From NCBI RefSeq assembly GCF_030684315.1, contig NC_081369.1, forward strand, positions 2,284,689 through 2,348,688: a DNA stretch of 64,000 bases, in the 5' to 3' direction. Shown here one piece after another: positions 25,035 to 38,609 of the stretch. This DNA comes from Stegostoma tigrinum (taxonomy: Eukaryota). The first letter of the stretch is position 1; the number at the start of each line of letters is the position of its first letter. Under the pieces are notes generated by a model that had not been told where the DNA came from, made no database searches, and saw nothing but the letters and a program-made list of their open reading frames with translations. The position numbers were made by a program, and so were the translations under genes.

Positions 25035-25174
25035 CAGTCAACAATGGTTTCATAGTTATTATTAAATTCTTAATATTGAGTTAAAATCCATCATTTGCCA
25101 TGGCAGGATTCAAACCTGGATCCTGGAAAATTCCCTGAGTTTCTGCTTCAATAGTTTGACAATAATACTACTTG

Positions 25175-25510
25175 CCCAGCCAATATAGTCAAAGATCCCT
25201 CCCACCCCAGTTATATCCTCTTCCATTCTCTTCCATCAGGCAGATCATACAAAAGTTTGGAAACACATGCCAACAGATTCAAGAGCAGCTTCTACCTTGC
25301 TGTTTTCAGACTTCTGAATGAACCTCTTATACATTAAAGTTAATCCCTCTCTCTGGCTTTTCTGTAGCTGTAATACTATATTCTGCATTCTGTTCTATTA
25401 CCTTGATATATTAATGTAATGCACAATTTGCCTGGGTAACACACAAAGTAATGTTTGTTTATTGTATTTCGGTACATGTGACAACAGTAGAACAGTAAAA
25501 TAAATCAAAT
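25175..25510 (+). mobile_element. Rex1/Babar-type LINE 3' end
   Basis: aaagatccctcccaccccag...ccatcaggcaga...acagattcaagagcagcttc. Assigned from recall of Rex/Babar tails. Confidence 0.6.
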
Positions 25511-26185
25511 TACTCTTTCTCTCTCTCTCTCTTTTCTCTCTCACTCAGTTCTTTCTCTCCCCTTCTCTCTCTGCTTTGGCCTCACTTCTCTCCATTTCTC
25601 ACACATTTGTTGCAATGCCATCAGTCTATTTCTGGTGCATGCTCCTGCTCTGAGGAATTCAGTCTAATGTTGGGATTTGATGTGAGGGTTGGAAAACAAC
25701 TTGCCTTTCAGCCTTGGATTTTCCCCTCTCTTTGCTTGCTTTGTGCATTGTGCTATAAGGATAAGTGGAATGGAATGTGTCTTTCCAGCTCAGTTAGCAT
25801 CACTCACATTCTCTCTCCAGCAATCTCTCTGTCCCTCTTTTCCTCATGTGTATACATACACCCTCTCCTTCCTACATATTTTTCTTCATCGTATGACACA
25901 ATCTCACTCTTTTCAGTTCCTCATGGCTTTCCTCCAGCCTCGTACCCAAAAACTAAATGCTTGTGTTGAAGACTTCATGGTGCTTTGATCCCACCAGCTC
26001 TCACTTCAGATTCCATAGGATACTTGGGGTGGTGGGATAATGAGGAATGTAGATTTGCCCAGAATGCTGTCTTGCTGCCTTTACTTTGCCTATTGGAATT
26101 CCTGGACCACACAGGCTATCATCACAGTCATAGAGGATGGAATCAGACCCTCAGTCCAACTAATCATGCTGACCATATTCCCAAA

Positions 26186-26605
26186 CTAAACTTGCTGCAG
26201 TTGCCTGCATTTGGTCACACGTATAAATTTTAAACTGAATGGCTGTAACACTAAACATTTAAACAGTCTGGTATTTTTATCTTTACATTTTTCCAAAAAC
26301 ATTAAGTGATCATGATCAGCATATACAACAGTCTCAGACACATTACTGACAACATAAATGTTGAAATGTTGCAATGCCAACACCAAATTCAATGTCTCCT
26401 TCTCAATTGTGGAATATTTCTGTTGATTAATATTCACCTTTCTGGAAAAATACCCAATAGGCCCGCCTATCTTCTTGTTATCTTTATGCAAGAGTATAGC
26501 ACTGACAGCCACATAGCTCACATCAAAAGACACCTTGAATAGCTTTCCATAATTAAGTATATCTAACAATGGGGCAGTGGTTAACAGAGCTTTCAGCCTC
26601 TTTTA
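26186..26605 (-). mobile_element. Gypsy LTR retrotransposon RNase H fragment
   Basis: DVSYVAVSAILLH..PIGYFSRK..QQKYSTIEKETLNLVLAL..VYADHDHL. Confidence 0.88.
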
Positions 26606-26712
26606 TTCATTCAGGAACTGCATCCTATTTAATGTACCTGGTTGAAACAAAAGGTAAGTCACTCATCTGCACAGTTTGTCGCCAGTCTAAACAAGAGCAT
26701 GTTTATCTGACA

Positions 26713-27042
26713 TAACACAATGTGAAGCTGGAGGCACACAGCAGGACAGGCAGCGACAGAGCGTCAGGAAAGCTGATGTTTCGGGTCAAGACTTTTATAC
26801 TGCCTGGCCTGCTGTGTACCTCCAGCTCCACACTATGTTATGTATGTCCATAAGCAACAATTGGGTCAGATAAACATGGAGATAATAAGAACTGCTGATG
26901 CTGGAGCCTGAGACGACACAGTGTGGAACTGAAGGTACACGGGAGGCCAGGCAACACCAGAGGAATAGGAAAGCTGACGTTATCTCTGACATTATCACAC
27001 TGTGTTATCTCAGACTCCAGCATCGGCAGTTCTTACTATCTC
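26713..27042. mobile_element. Compound Penelope pLTR fold-back containing an inverted copy of its own flank
   Basis: Several pLTR arms. catgttta(t/c)tgac occurs at about 26698 (+), about 26866 (-) and about 27043 (+). Confidence 0.7.
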
Positions 27043-27657
27043 CATGTTTATTTGACACACTTGTTGTTTATAGGCTCTCTGCTGTGCCTACCAGAAGAAA
27101 ATGTTAGGAGGAAACAGTCTGCGATTGGCTGAGGAGTTGTACAACAATTTTCAAATTTACATCCTTTTTTGTTCATCTGTGTGTCTTTGGCAGGAGCTCA
27201 CATGCTACATCCCCAGCCTAGACAGGCTGCATTGTAGCACTTGGGTTTCATGTTCTGAGTGACTTCCTTTTGGTACAAGTCACTACTTGCATGAATCGTT
27301 CTTCACCAAACTGGAGCAAAGTTGTCAATAGCCTTAATTTTCATATACTCAGTTTGGTTCCCTTCATTTCAGTTACAGAGAAGTGAGCTAGGACTGTTTG
27401 ATACTGTTGAAATTAACAATGCTCAACCTTGTTTTAATTCACTCATATCACAATAACGAATAGACCGACAGAAATTTCATGGAGAGACATGAGGTAGCTA
27501 TTCCAAACTCAGTTATGTTCAATTTGTCATTCATTTGGAAAGGAAGATGAGAGAAAAAGAATGAAAGGTGATGTAATGCCCTCTCCTTTCTTTACCTGTG
27601 CTGAGCACCAGGTATTTTCACTCATTGCATCTGTTCTCTATTGTTCTTAAATTCAAA

Positions 27658-28029
27658 ATCAGAAAACACATGATATCAGGGTATAGTCCAACAGGTTTAT
27701 TGGAAAACACAAGTTTTTGGAGCCTCACTCCTTCTTCAGGTATATATTGGTGAAACCATGCAGACGCTATGACGATGGATGAATGGACACCCCACAACAA
27801 TCGCTGGACAGAAATGTTCCCTCCCAGTGAGGGAAAACTTCTGCAGTCAAGGCTTCGGGTCTTTGGGTAAATGTCGTTGAAGGTGGACTCCGAGATACAC
27901 AACTGTGCAGAGTCACCAAGCAGAGGCTGATAGCCAAGTTCGGTACCCATAAAGACAGCCTCAACCAGGATCTTGGGTTCATGTCACATTACAGGTGACC
28001 CACTACACTATACACTATCACATACACAT

Positions 28030-28100
<71 letters not shown>

Positions 28101-28660
28101 CTCTGCTTCACACACATACACATGTAAATCTGCAGGGTGAATTTGTATTTGTAGATATATTCTACTTTGTTTAAAAAGCACACAATCTACAGACACAGTC
28201 AGTCAATGCGGCATTTTATAAATTCCTACTTCAGAGATAAAACCAGTGTGACTCCAAACCAAAACACAGACAGATATTAAACAAGGCCTCGCACCTAACA
28301 TGCAATGCCTGATCTAAAATGTCACCTCTTCATTACACCGATAAGGCTTTTTGCTTTCTCAGGGCAGTGCCTTGAAAGGCACCCCGGGATTTACATATAC
28401 AAATTAATCAAATAAAACATTCTAACTGATTAATGATTTAACAGCATCTGGGGTTTGTCTAATACATCCTCATCAGTGGTGTGGCCTAATGATCTTTTAC
28501 CTATAAATTCTGTGCCTGATACAACCTCTCTCACTAACATCCTAAGGAGGAGTGAGGCTCCAAAAGCTTGTGTTTTCAACTAAATCTGTTGGACTATAAC
28601 CTGTTGTCATCTGATTTGTGACCTCGTCCATCACAGTGCAACGTCGGCACCTCCACATCA
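27658..28660 (+). mobile_element. Truncated Penelope-like element (GIY-YIG remnant) with inverted 5' pLTR
   Basis: YIGETMQTL*RWMNGH...RLIAKFGTHKDSLNQDLGFMSHY at about 27743-27992. Termini 27660-27740 and 28540-28620 are inverted. (CT)n(CA)n at 28010-28097. Confidence 0.8.
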
Positions 28661-29864
28661 TTCTTTATTTCCGATCAAATATTATAAACTAATAGAAATT
28701 ATCAATGCGAAGTGACCTATTAACTTGTGAGAAAATATTTTTATCAATCCATAGTGGGGCTCTGGTTGTACAAGTTGCTCAATGTGAGATATTTGCATGA
28801 AATACTTCTAAATAGTGCACTAATTTCCATGAAAAACTGGTACAGTTATATCACATGTGTAAGAAAAGCAAAAAATGCTCCTGATCGAATGAGACATATT
28901 CTGCAGGTAGATTGTATGTGTGACCTGTTTCACAGAATAGATAATTTAATATTAATGCTTCCAATGAAATCCAGTTTATTAACCTTTTAGTTTTTCAAAT
29001 GTCAACCTGAAAAATAATTATTTATAAGGTTCTGAGGAAGAATCACCAGAAACAAAACATTAACTCTGATTTCTCGCCACAGATGCTGCCAGACCTACTG
29101 AGCTTTTCCAGCAATTTTTGTTTTTGTTTGTGCTTTTAAGAAATAATATTTCCATCCATTTATCACTCAGCTTTAAGAATTAGATACAAAATATAGGCAG
29201 AACTCTAACTTTCATTGAAGTGTGTGAAGTTCCATCAAAACAAATTCTGCACATTTTTCACTTAAAGCAAGTGACTGCAAAAAAAAGCAAATATGCATTT
29301 TTTTGAAAAATAAGGAACTGTTTGATCAAATTACATGAAACAACATAACAATTAACCTTTATCACTATTTTTGAAAGTTTGCTTTAAATTTATGCTGAAA
29401 AACATTTGTTACTGATTGAAATCTCATGCAATGGTCATAACAGAATTTACATTATTTTATATAGCAGTGCTCAAAAGAAACAGAAAAAATTATCAAAAGG
29501 TCCATGAATTTTCAGCAGTGCCATAATCTTTGCACAGCAGGCCATAGCTTCAAGGAACAAAAGGAACCTGACAGCATAGCAAGACTTACACCAGATCTGG
29601 TGTAATTACATGTGTTATCAATTTGAAATGCTGCAGTATGGAAACTGCTTGCATTACAGGCAGCACCTTGAAAAGATTGAGTCTTAACATATACATGACA
29701 AGTTGTTAAGATCAGTGAAGATATTCTCAGAAGAGTTGAACATGGCAGCTGCATCAAAAGTAATTGTAAGCACTTTGCTATCTAATTTGTAACTTCCAAA
29801 ATGGTGTGATTATTTTGGGAAATTGAAACTAATAAGACAAGTCTCATCATATGAATCTTTTTCT

Positions 29865-30480
29865 TTAAATTTTCTCCTGGAGCATGGGCATTGCTGTTTG
29901 TCGACCATTTGTCGCACCCCAGTTGACCTCGAGAGGATGGTATTGATCTGCCTTCTGGGCCTACTGCAGGTCTACCCTCAATACTATTTGGGAGGAAATT
30001 CCAGGATTTCGACCCTGTGACAGCAAAGGAATGGTAATATGCATCCAAGACAGAACAGTGCATGCTTTGGAGGGGTGGGGCTTTCCCATGTATCTGCAGA
30101 TGGAAATGATGGGGGTTTGGAAGCCACTGTCTGAACAACTTTGGTGAATGTCAGCACTGCATCTGGCAAATGGTACACTCTATTGACATTGATGTTGGGA
30201 GTTTCAGTAATGGTAATGCCACTGAATGTCAACGGCAAGTGATTAGATTATCTCTTCTTGGAGATGTTCACAGCCTGCGTCATTTGTGCAGCACAAATGT
30301 TACTTGCCACTTTTCAGCGCGAGACTGGAAATTATCCAGGCCTTGTTGCATTTGGACATAGACTGCTTCAGTATCTGAGGAGTTGTAAATGGTGCTGAAC
30401 ATTGTGCAATTACTGGCAAATATCCCCACTTCTGAACTTATGATGGAAGGAAAGTCATTAGGTGAAGCAACTGAAGATTT
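29865..30480 (-). mobile_element. L2-like LINE 3' fragment
   Basis: VTGSKSWNFLPNSI and PLTFSGITITETPNIN, with a tail shared with the SacSINE-like SINEs. Confidence 0.7.
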
Positions 30481-31396
30481 TTAGACATTACAACTTGGCA
30501 AGCTATTGCTATTCTTTAGTAACCTTTCTTCTCTAAAGGTCTTGAAATGTATTCCCAATTCTTGAAACGGAAACTTTTAAATCCACCCTAATTAACATTC
30601 CTTCCCTTGCTTCTTCCATTGGTTCAAAACAGCTCTTTATCCAAGTTACATATGAAATTACATATGACAGTGGCAAGTTTCATATTCTCAGCAACACACC
30701 TAACAATCTTATTCTCGTTAAGTTCTAATTAGTTGTCCAGTTGGTAATGATATCCATGAAGTTGTTGCACTATTACTTAGAAAATAAAACGCTTATTTTT
30801 ATGCAGGCCTGTGCAAAACAGCACACTTCAGTTAGATTTACAGTTATTGAAGTATTTTGTTAGATCGCCACTTTAGTAACGGATGACATATAATCGTTAT
30901 GTTTTGTTGAACAATTCCTGCAAATCAAGCTGAGGTAACGCCGAGATGTTGTTTCTGTACGCATTGAGGTTCAGGTGTTCTCCAGGCCACTTATGATAAT
31001 GAAACTGCTCTTCTTAGAAAAGAAATTGCGAAGGCAAAGTTTTAAGCCAACCAAGTGGCCCATGGGTCAACAGCTCAACAGACTACACCTCCAATCAGGC
31101 AAGTCACCCTCAGTCATGCACAAATGAAGATAACGAAGAAAAGGGGAATTTAAAGTAATCAGAATTACTACAGAATAAATATTTGGAAAACAAATTTTAA
31201 CCAAGAAGACCAAAACATTGCCTGGGCTGGAAGACCTAATTCAATGTTGCTCAAAGAATTGGTTGCAGTGATAATGATTGCATTGGTTGAAAACTTTCAA
31301 CTTTGACAGAGGAGCAGGCCAGATGGATTAGAAGAATGCAAGGTAACATTGCTTCAGAAAAGGAGAGAGGCAAGTGAAGTAACATAGGTGAAGACG

Positions 31397-31490
31397 TAAT
31401 AAGGTGTAGAACTGGATGAGCACAGCAGGTCAAGTAGCATCAGAGGAGCAGGAAGGCTGACGTTTCGGGCCCAGACCCTTCTTCAGAAAT
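31397..31490 (-). mobile_element. Penelope pLTR fragment with intact hammerhead core (31459-31486)
   Basis: Minus strand reads CUGAAGA-AGGGUCUGGGCCC-GAAA-C-GUC. Confidence 0.75.
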
Positions 31491-31877
31491 GAAGAGGTTA
31501 CCAGGTTACCCATGTGTTACCAGTTTGTCTGAAATGCAAGATTGGTGAAGTCTCAAATTCCGTTGAAATAAGGTCAGAGCAGGACATTTAGAAATTTGTA
31601 TTCAAATCAGGCAGTGTTAACATGTGCCTGATAAACTTATTGGGATTTATATTGAATGTAATGAGTAAGTGGATCAAAGACAATGAATAGATACTGTGTT
31701 TTTGGAAATGCAAAATGGCATCTGCGCGGCATCACAGAAAATATTCAGGCACAAGGTAAGAATTCATAGTAACAGGGATATTGTGTACATGTGCTTTATT
31801 GACTGTCTTATCTGCAGGACTCTATACATCGGAGTGGAGTTATTTTTTTGTTTGACAGTGTCTCCAATTGAATGTAG

Positions 31878-32228
31878 CAGCGGGGTAGCACAATGGCTCA
31901 GTGGTTAGCATTGCTGCCTCACAGCACCAGGGTCCAGGGTTTGATTCCACACTCAGTTGATTGTCTGCATGGAGTTTGCACATTCTCTCCACGCCTGCGT
32001 GGATTTGTTCTGGTTTCATCCCACACTCCAATGATGTGTCGATAAGATGGATTGGTCATGCTAAATTGCTCACAGCGTTCAGGAAAGTACAGGCTACGTT
32101 CGTTAGCCACGAGAAATGCAGGGATAAGGTAGGAGGTTGGGTCTGGGTGGGATGCTTTTCAGAGGCTTGGGCAGTATGGACGAGTTGGGCTGAATGGCCT
32201 TCTTTCACACTACAGGGGTTCTATGATA
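31878..32228 (+). mobile_element. HE1-like V-SINE
   Basis: tggctcagtggttagcattgctgcctcacagcaccaggg...ggagtttgcacattctc. Confidence 0.85.
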
Positions 32229-34594
32229 ACCTGTAACTAGCAGAATACTGGTTTGTTTATGACGCAGGAACACTGGCTTCAATCAAACAGACTTCTGGAT
32301 GCATTAAACAAAATTATGTTCCTTAACCTCTTTGTGGAAACCGTCAAAATGATCTGGTCTTGTCTGTATTCAATTCCAGACCCACAATGTTATTGGCTTT
32401 AAAGTACACTTTAAAATACTCAAGCCTGACGATCAGTTCTACAATCCACTATAGGAAAGCCAAAAAGGTATAAAACTAGATGGGTTCCCTGCAGACACAA
32501 ATGGTTTCAAAGAAAATATCAGCCGTGGAGATCAGAAGTAGTCTGTCAACTATTCACCAACCATATTACTTACCTGTATGTCGTGACCAAATGCATTATA
32601 ACCCAATTTCCCAAGGATATACAGGTGGTTAGACTGTCAGTGGAATATAACAACTGAAGGAAACAGATAAAGTAAGAGAGTTAGCTAACATTTAATGATT
32701 AGTTTCTGAGTATGAAAATGTTCTGGTGCTAGGAAATGGCAACAGAATTTATAAAATGAAGTAAAAAGAAGAATCTGGTGGGACAGCTATTTCCGAATAC
32801 CTTTCTACATTAATCACAGAAAAAGTTTATATTTCTTCCCTTTCAAGAAGTTAGTATGCAATAAACCCTAACTACAAATGCAAAAGGACTGTTGATCTCT
32901 ACTGGATAAGATGGAGTATTAAATATGTAATACTTACCACCATTCTACAAGGCCATGGTATGACCACATCTAATATACAGCGCATAATTTCAATACCCAA
33001 ATTATTTGGATTTCAAAGGATTGTGTGGCCATTGATTCAGCTGATAAATTAGGTGAAGAAGTTGTCTCATTATCATTTATTGTTTCAGTTGGACATGGAC
33101 TGCTTCAGCATTTCAGGAGTCATGAATGGTGCTGACCATTGTGCAATCACTGGCAAACAACCCCACTTCAAAGGTCAGTGATAAAAAGACCCTAGCATGG
33201 TAACAGATGGAGGAAGACTAAAGTTTGAAAACCGCGAAGCTAGTGATTTTCAATTCTGGCCTTATAGAATGGACTCTGCCATCATAGCTCCACTCTTCAA
33301 GAATTTGGTGCATGCCACTTGATATCAAGAAATCACTGAAGTTACTGGCTGCTGTGAGTCATAATAGCACTGGAGATCAGTCCAGCTGTAGGAGTGTAGA
33401 TGCTTGCTCCAGAACTCAAAACACTTCAAGTCAAGATATTTTGGCACAACTACAGTAAAACAAGCCTTTCTTTGGCCACAACATTTCCAATGACAAATTA
33501 ACAACTCTCTAACCTCTTCTCAAACATAGCAAAACAAAAAAACTGAGAAAAGGAGTTAATTTATGTAACATAGGCTTCAACAGTCTGCTCAGTGATGCTT
33601 AGTATGAGATTCACAAGTGGCCATCGCAATTTTAACTTCAGTACATACATGGCCCCAGCACAGACAAAATTATAAACAAGAAAACAGGAACAAAAACAAA
33701 GTTGCTGATAAAGCTCAGCAGGAGTAGCAGCATCTGTCTGGTAACCCTTCCTCAGGGCTGAGGAAGAAGGCTTAAGATAAAACTCAGAAATGGCTTAAGA
33801 CTGGCTTCTCTTGACATCAAGGCAACATTTTAGCAATTCATGCATCAAAGAATCCTAGCTGATTTAAGTTCAATGGATAACAGGTAGAACATTCCACTTA
33901 GTCTTTGAATTTATACTTCAGGGCAAAGTCATATAGTTATAGATGTTAAAGGTCAATCATATAGATCCCAAGTTACTACTTCAGAAATATCTCAACAGAA
34001 TATTCAAGACTCAATAAATTTTAGCTGCTTCATGCATGATCTTCAATCCCTCTGAAAGTTAGAAATGGTGATATTCATTAACAGTATCACAGAGGTCAGT
34101 ATCATTCATTGCCCCTGAGATACTGAGGCGTTCTCTGTTCTCAAAGAAATAGCTGGAAATTGTTTGATTTTCGGGTGATAAGGGTCCGGTAACATGACAT
34201 TCAGGAAAGTGCAAGGCAATGGTGAAATACAACAAAAAAAAGCAAACAGTCTCCAATAAATTGTTGAAAATTATTACAATTGTTGAATTCTCAGGTGAGT
34301 GCATTGAGGTTACCAGTGAATGGAAGCTGACCAGTAGTGCACAAAGCTTGGTGAAAAAATAAGTCAGAAAGTAAGAATTTTACAATGGCTGCACTTTTGT
34401 CATAACTTTCCAAGGATTGACCTTTGCTATGTTGGAGAGGCTTGAGTGTTCCACTGATCTTGAGATCGATGCTATCAGTAGCTCTCAACTCATAATGGTA
34501 AGGTTGGAAGTGAGGAACTAGACAATGTGCAATCCGTAATAAGTCCTCAATCGTGAATCAGGTGATAATATTTGTAAGTCAAACCCCTCCCCAA

Positions 34595-34619
34595 ACACAT
34601 GCACACACACTGACCACGT

Positions 34620-34672
<53 letters not shown>

Positions 34673-34684
34673 AACACACACACA
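34595..34684. repeat. Imperfect (CA)n microsatellite
   Basis: Seen directly. Confidence 0.9.
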
Positions 34685-34699
34685 GTCACTCTAAAAATA

Positions 34700-35795
34700 T
34701 TCTGTTACATCAGCACCCTCGCTGGGAAACCACATCCAGCAGGCTCAGCCACCAGTGGTCTGAAAATTAAAGTTCAATTCAATCTCAGAACCTGGAATGT
34801 ATAAACCCTCATGAAGAACAAGTGAATCAGTCAGTCAAGCCTTTCTCTACATCTTTGCAGAAGGATACTGAAGAATTGACTTCAGCCTCAACCCCAAGGA
34901 GACCAATTCATTGACTAACGCATTCTAGGCTCGGTTCTGGTCCATCCCTTCATTAAACTCAATGAAGAAATCCACCAAAATGTGAAACATTTCCCCTACC
35001 TGTGTGGGTCATTCTCACCTAAACCTGACATTGATGCAGAGATCCAACACCACCTTCAGTCTGTAAATACTGCCTTCAGATGCCTAAGGATGGGAATCTT
35101 CAACAATCATCACACTGGTGCCGATACAAAGATCCTTGTGTATAAGGCAGTAATCCATTTCATTCTTTTATTTGGCTCCAAAACTTAAACTACACAGTGG
35201 CACTACCTCAAGACCTTTGAGAAGAGCCATCAATGCTTTTTCGGAAGGATTCACCACATCACCCAGAAGAACAGACACACGACCATCAACATCCTTAAAG
35301 TAGCCAATAGCATTGGTATCAACGGTATAATCATCAGAAACCAGCGCTGCTATGTGCTTAGAATGCCCTGGAATTCCAACTGTGAAAGCAAATCTTTGCC
35401 TAGCTCAAAGAATGTACCTGAGCAAAAGAAGGACAAAAGATGCATTTCAAAGAATCCCTGGAGGCTTCCCTCAAAAAATACAACATAGATGTCAATGTGT
35501 GGGAAACCTTCATTAAGAAAAAAATTGTGATGGAATCTCCTGTATTAAGGGGCACAATACTTCGAAAGGATCTGTCAGCCAGAAGAAATATGGAAAAGGA
35601 ACTGACAAAGGAATGCCAATGATCTCAAGGCAAAGGACCAATTCAACTTCCTGGAATCACCTTCGAACTGTGTGTTTGGAGATGTGGCTTTAGGAATGGG
35701 CTCATTGGCCATGTAAGGACCACGTAACCCATGATCAGGTATATGGAATTGCCTAGGCAGACAATCATACTCATTGAAGAGTGATTACTGATGAC
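34700..35795 (+). mobile_element. Internally deleted RTE-clade LINE
   Basis: The endonuclease start (RTWNV) is followed almost directly by RT C-terminal motifs (HFPYLCGS..DIDAEIQHHL..TKILVYKAV..LLFGSKT; HFKESLEASLKK). Confidence 0.75.
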
Positions 35796-37252
35796 CTTAT
35801 AACTCCCCAAAATCTGCTTCACATCTGACACTCTTGATTTATGTGTGTGACAAAATATTCTCCACGTGTGGATGTTGGCAGCTGCAGCATTTCTCCAAAA
35901 AGTTCAACACCATCCAGGAGAAATATCGTCTAGTTGATGAGTTCCTCTGCCACCACAAAAAAAATTACTGTCTCCTGCAACGATGCACAGAGACAGCAAA
36001 ACATGCCAACTCTATGGTGCATTACGTAAGCTTGCCAACGCTTCATTGAAGGCCCACTAAAGGTTGCTTCATCTGAAGGAAAATAACACAAGGAAATTGA
36101 TAGAAGCTAAATGGAAATATCTTCCTCATATAACCGTGGCTGTGTTGCTGCCATATGGCTTGTATCCATTCAATAAAACAGCTCATCACCACCTTTTCTA
36201 TGCCAATAGGATGGAAAAATATTGTTGGTTTTGACAACAAAATTCACACCCTGAATGGCCATAATTTAATGCTCACCAATCCTTTTATTTTTATTTGTCT
36301 TTCATGAGATGTGAGTGGTGTAAAAGAAGCTCTTACTTTGTCTTCCTTTATCATGCATTCCTTGCTGTGCAACGGGAGTGCATATATGGCCCTCTCTTCC
36401 ATATGGTCAAACAATATTCGTGTTTCAGCCTCCAAAAGTTCCTCTTTGTGCAATTTTCAAATTTCATGTTGCCTTCATGAGTATGAGACTACATGTTTAG
36501 CTGTTTTATGAAGCATCTTCAAATCAGAAGCTTCTATAGAGGGTCTTCTTAATGGCCTAACTGCTCAATTAAAAAGAACAGCAGAAGTGCCAGTGTTTGG
36601 GAAATCAGTGGTAATTATAGTGGTTGTATCCTTTGTCTCAAATACAAAGGAATTTATCAGTTAAGTGTCATGATCAGATAGAGTACAATCAAATGAAATG
36701 TGTTCACTCACTGAATTAACTTAACATGAAATGCTTCATTTGATCATTGAGTGGATTTGGAGATCAACATTAAACTAGGATATACGGTCTCTTGAGAATT
36801 GTCACTGAGAAGTTGATGACCAGTGACTTCCTTAAATACAATTGTGAGGACTACTTGGGAATTTCACAAGCCAGTTTATTCTCTAATATATAAATCTGGC
36901 CTGAAGTAACACAGTAATTCTTGGCTGGAATTACTTTTACTAGCTTTTAAATCCGGACTTGTTTAACTAAATACATTTTCATCCATGGTTTGGTTTAATG
37001 GAAATAATCTCATGTATCTGAATCATGAATACAAATCCTAGATTATTCACCCAGCAACAGAACTACTTCAACTAATTCTGCTGTAACATTTCACTTACAT
37101 AATGCATTTTTATTCTCAAGCGAGACTGTTACTCCTTTATCTCTCATTTTGGTATTTCCCTGCATGACGATATTAACCACTTCATTGTTTAGTGTCTACC
37201 TGGCATTAGAAAACTTAATCCAACATATGATCACTTCTGAAAGTGCTAGTGA

Positions 37253-37815
37253 AACATAGGAATAGGAGTAGGCCATTCAGCCCCTCACGTCTGTTCCATT
37301 CAGTCTGATCATGGCTGATCTGTGATCTAACTCCATATATCTGCCTTTGGCCCATATCCCTCAACATATTTGCTCATCAAAAATTTACCAACTTCAGATT
37401 TAAAATCAACAACTGATTCAGTTTCCACTGCCATTGGTGGAAAAGAATTCCAAACATCTCCCCTTTGTGTGTAAAAGCTTTTCCTATTATCTCTGCTGAA
37501 TGGCCGGGCCTTAATTTTTAGGCTGTGCTCCTAGTTTTATGATCCCTAACCAGTTGAAATAGCTTTTTTTTATCTATTCTGTCTTAGCCTGTTAATATCT
37601 TGAAGAATTTGAACATATCATCTCTTAACCTACTAAATTCTAGAGAAAGCAGGCCCAATTTGTATAATCTCTCCGAGCAACTTAATCCCTGAAGTCCAGA
37701 ATCATTCTTGTACCTATGCGGTATTCCCTCCAAAGCTGATATGTCCTTTCTAAAATGAAATGCCTAGATCTGCTCACAGTGGGGGTTTCAAATGGGATCT
37801 ATACAAAGCTGCAAC
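37253..37815 (-). mobile_element. CR1 3' fragment
   Basis: Reverse-complement tail ataggagtaggccattcagccc and RT C-terminal remnants. Confidence 0.8.
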
Positions 37816-38609
37816 ACAATTAAATATTATGCCACAGGACTTCATTCAATAAGCCCATCATTCTTGACTGCACTGACAAATTGTATAATTAAACTTTATA
37901 TTTCTTTCTCTCTGTCTCCCATATGAACTATACAAGACACAAATTATTTAATTACTGCAATATGACTTATTTTGCATTCAGCAATGCAAATATTCAACTG
38001 TGGGCATATGCAATAATGATGACATTTTCTTTATGTTTTCTTTTCCAGAAAGTTTGAGGTTCTTATTAAGTACTACACAACTTGTACATATATTATGAAG
38101 GAGGAAGTGGTTTTTTTCCACCTCAACTGACTTACCCCATCACTTTAAAAATAGCATTGTGGGTCAATGGAAACTTCTGACATCGCTACTTCACAACATG
38201 TGATGGAACGTTAATAATGACCTACTTGCAAGTATTGTTGTGAACTTACTGCAAATTTGAACACTGTTTCCACCATTTTTCGATCTATGAACAGTTCATT
38301 CAAGGGAACATGTTCACCACACCATATAATCAGACAAATGTTCATCTGCATCTTATTATCTTACTGGCTTGCATTTTATTTTTGAACAATTTATACCCAG
38401 TTTTAAGTAGGCATGTGAATTTTTCTACAATATAATGGAACATCCAGAAATAATATTTCTGCAGATTACTGATCATGTAATTGCTATTGATATCCGTATT
38501 AAATATATAAATTGTTAATAACTGGTGTTGAACTACACTTGAAATAACCAGTAGCTTTGAACAATGGAATTGTGACTCCTCTGGCATTCAATTATCATTT
38601 ATTAGAATA

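Noticed and set aside
27560-27620. Third leader exon (cag|gtattttc donor similar to the gene leaders)
   Set aside because: No phase-1 open signal-peptide frame and no V exon downstream.
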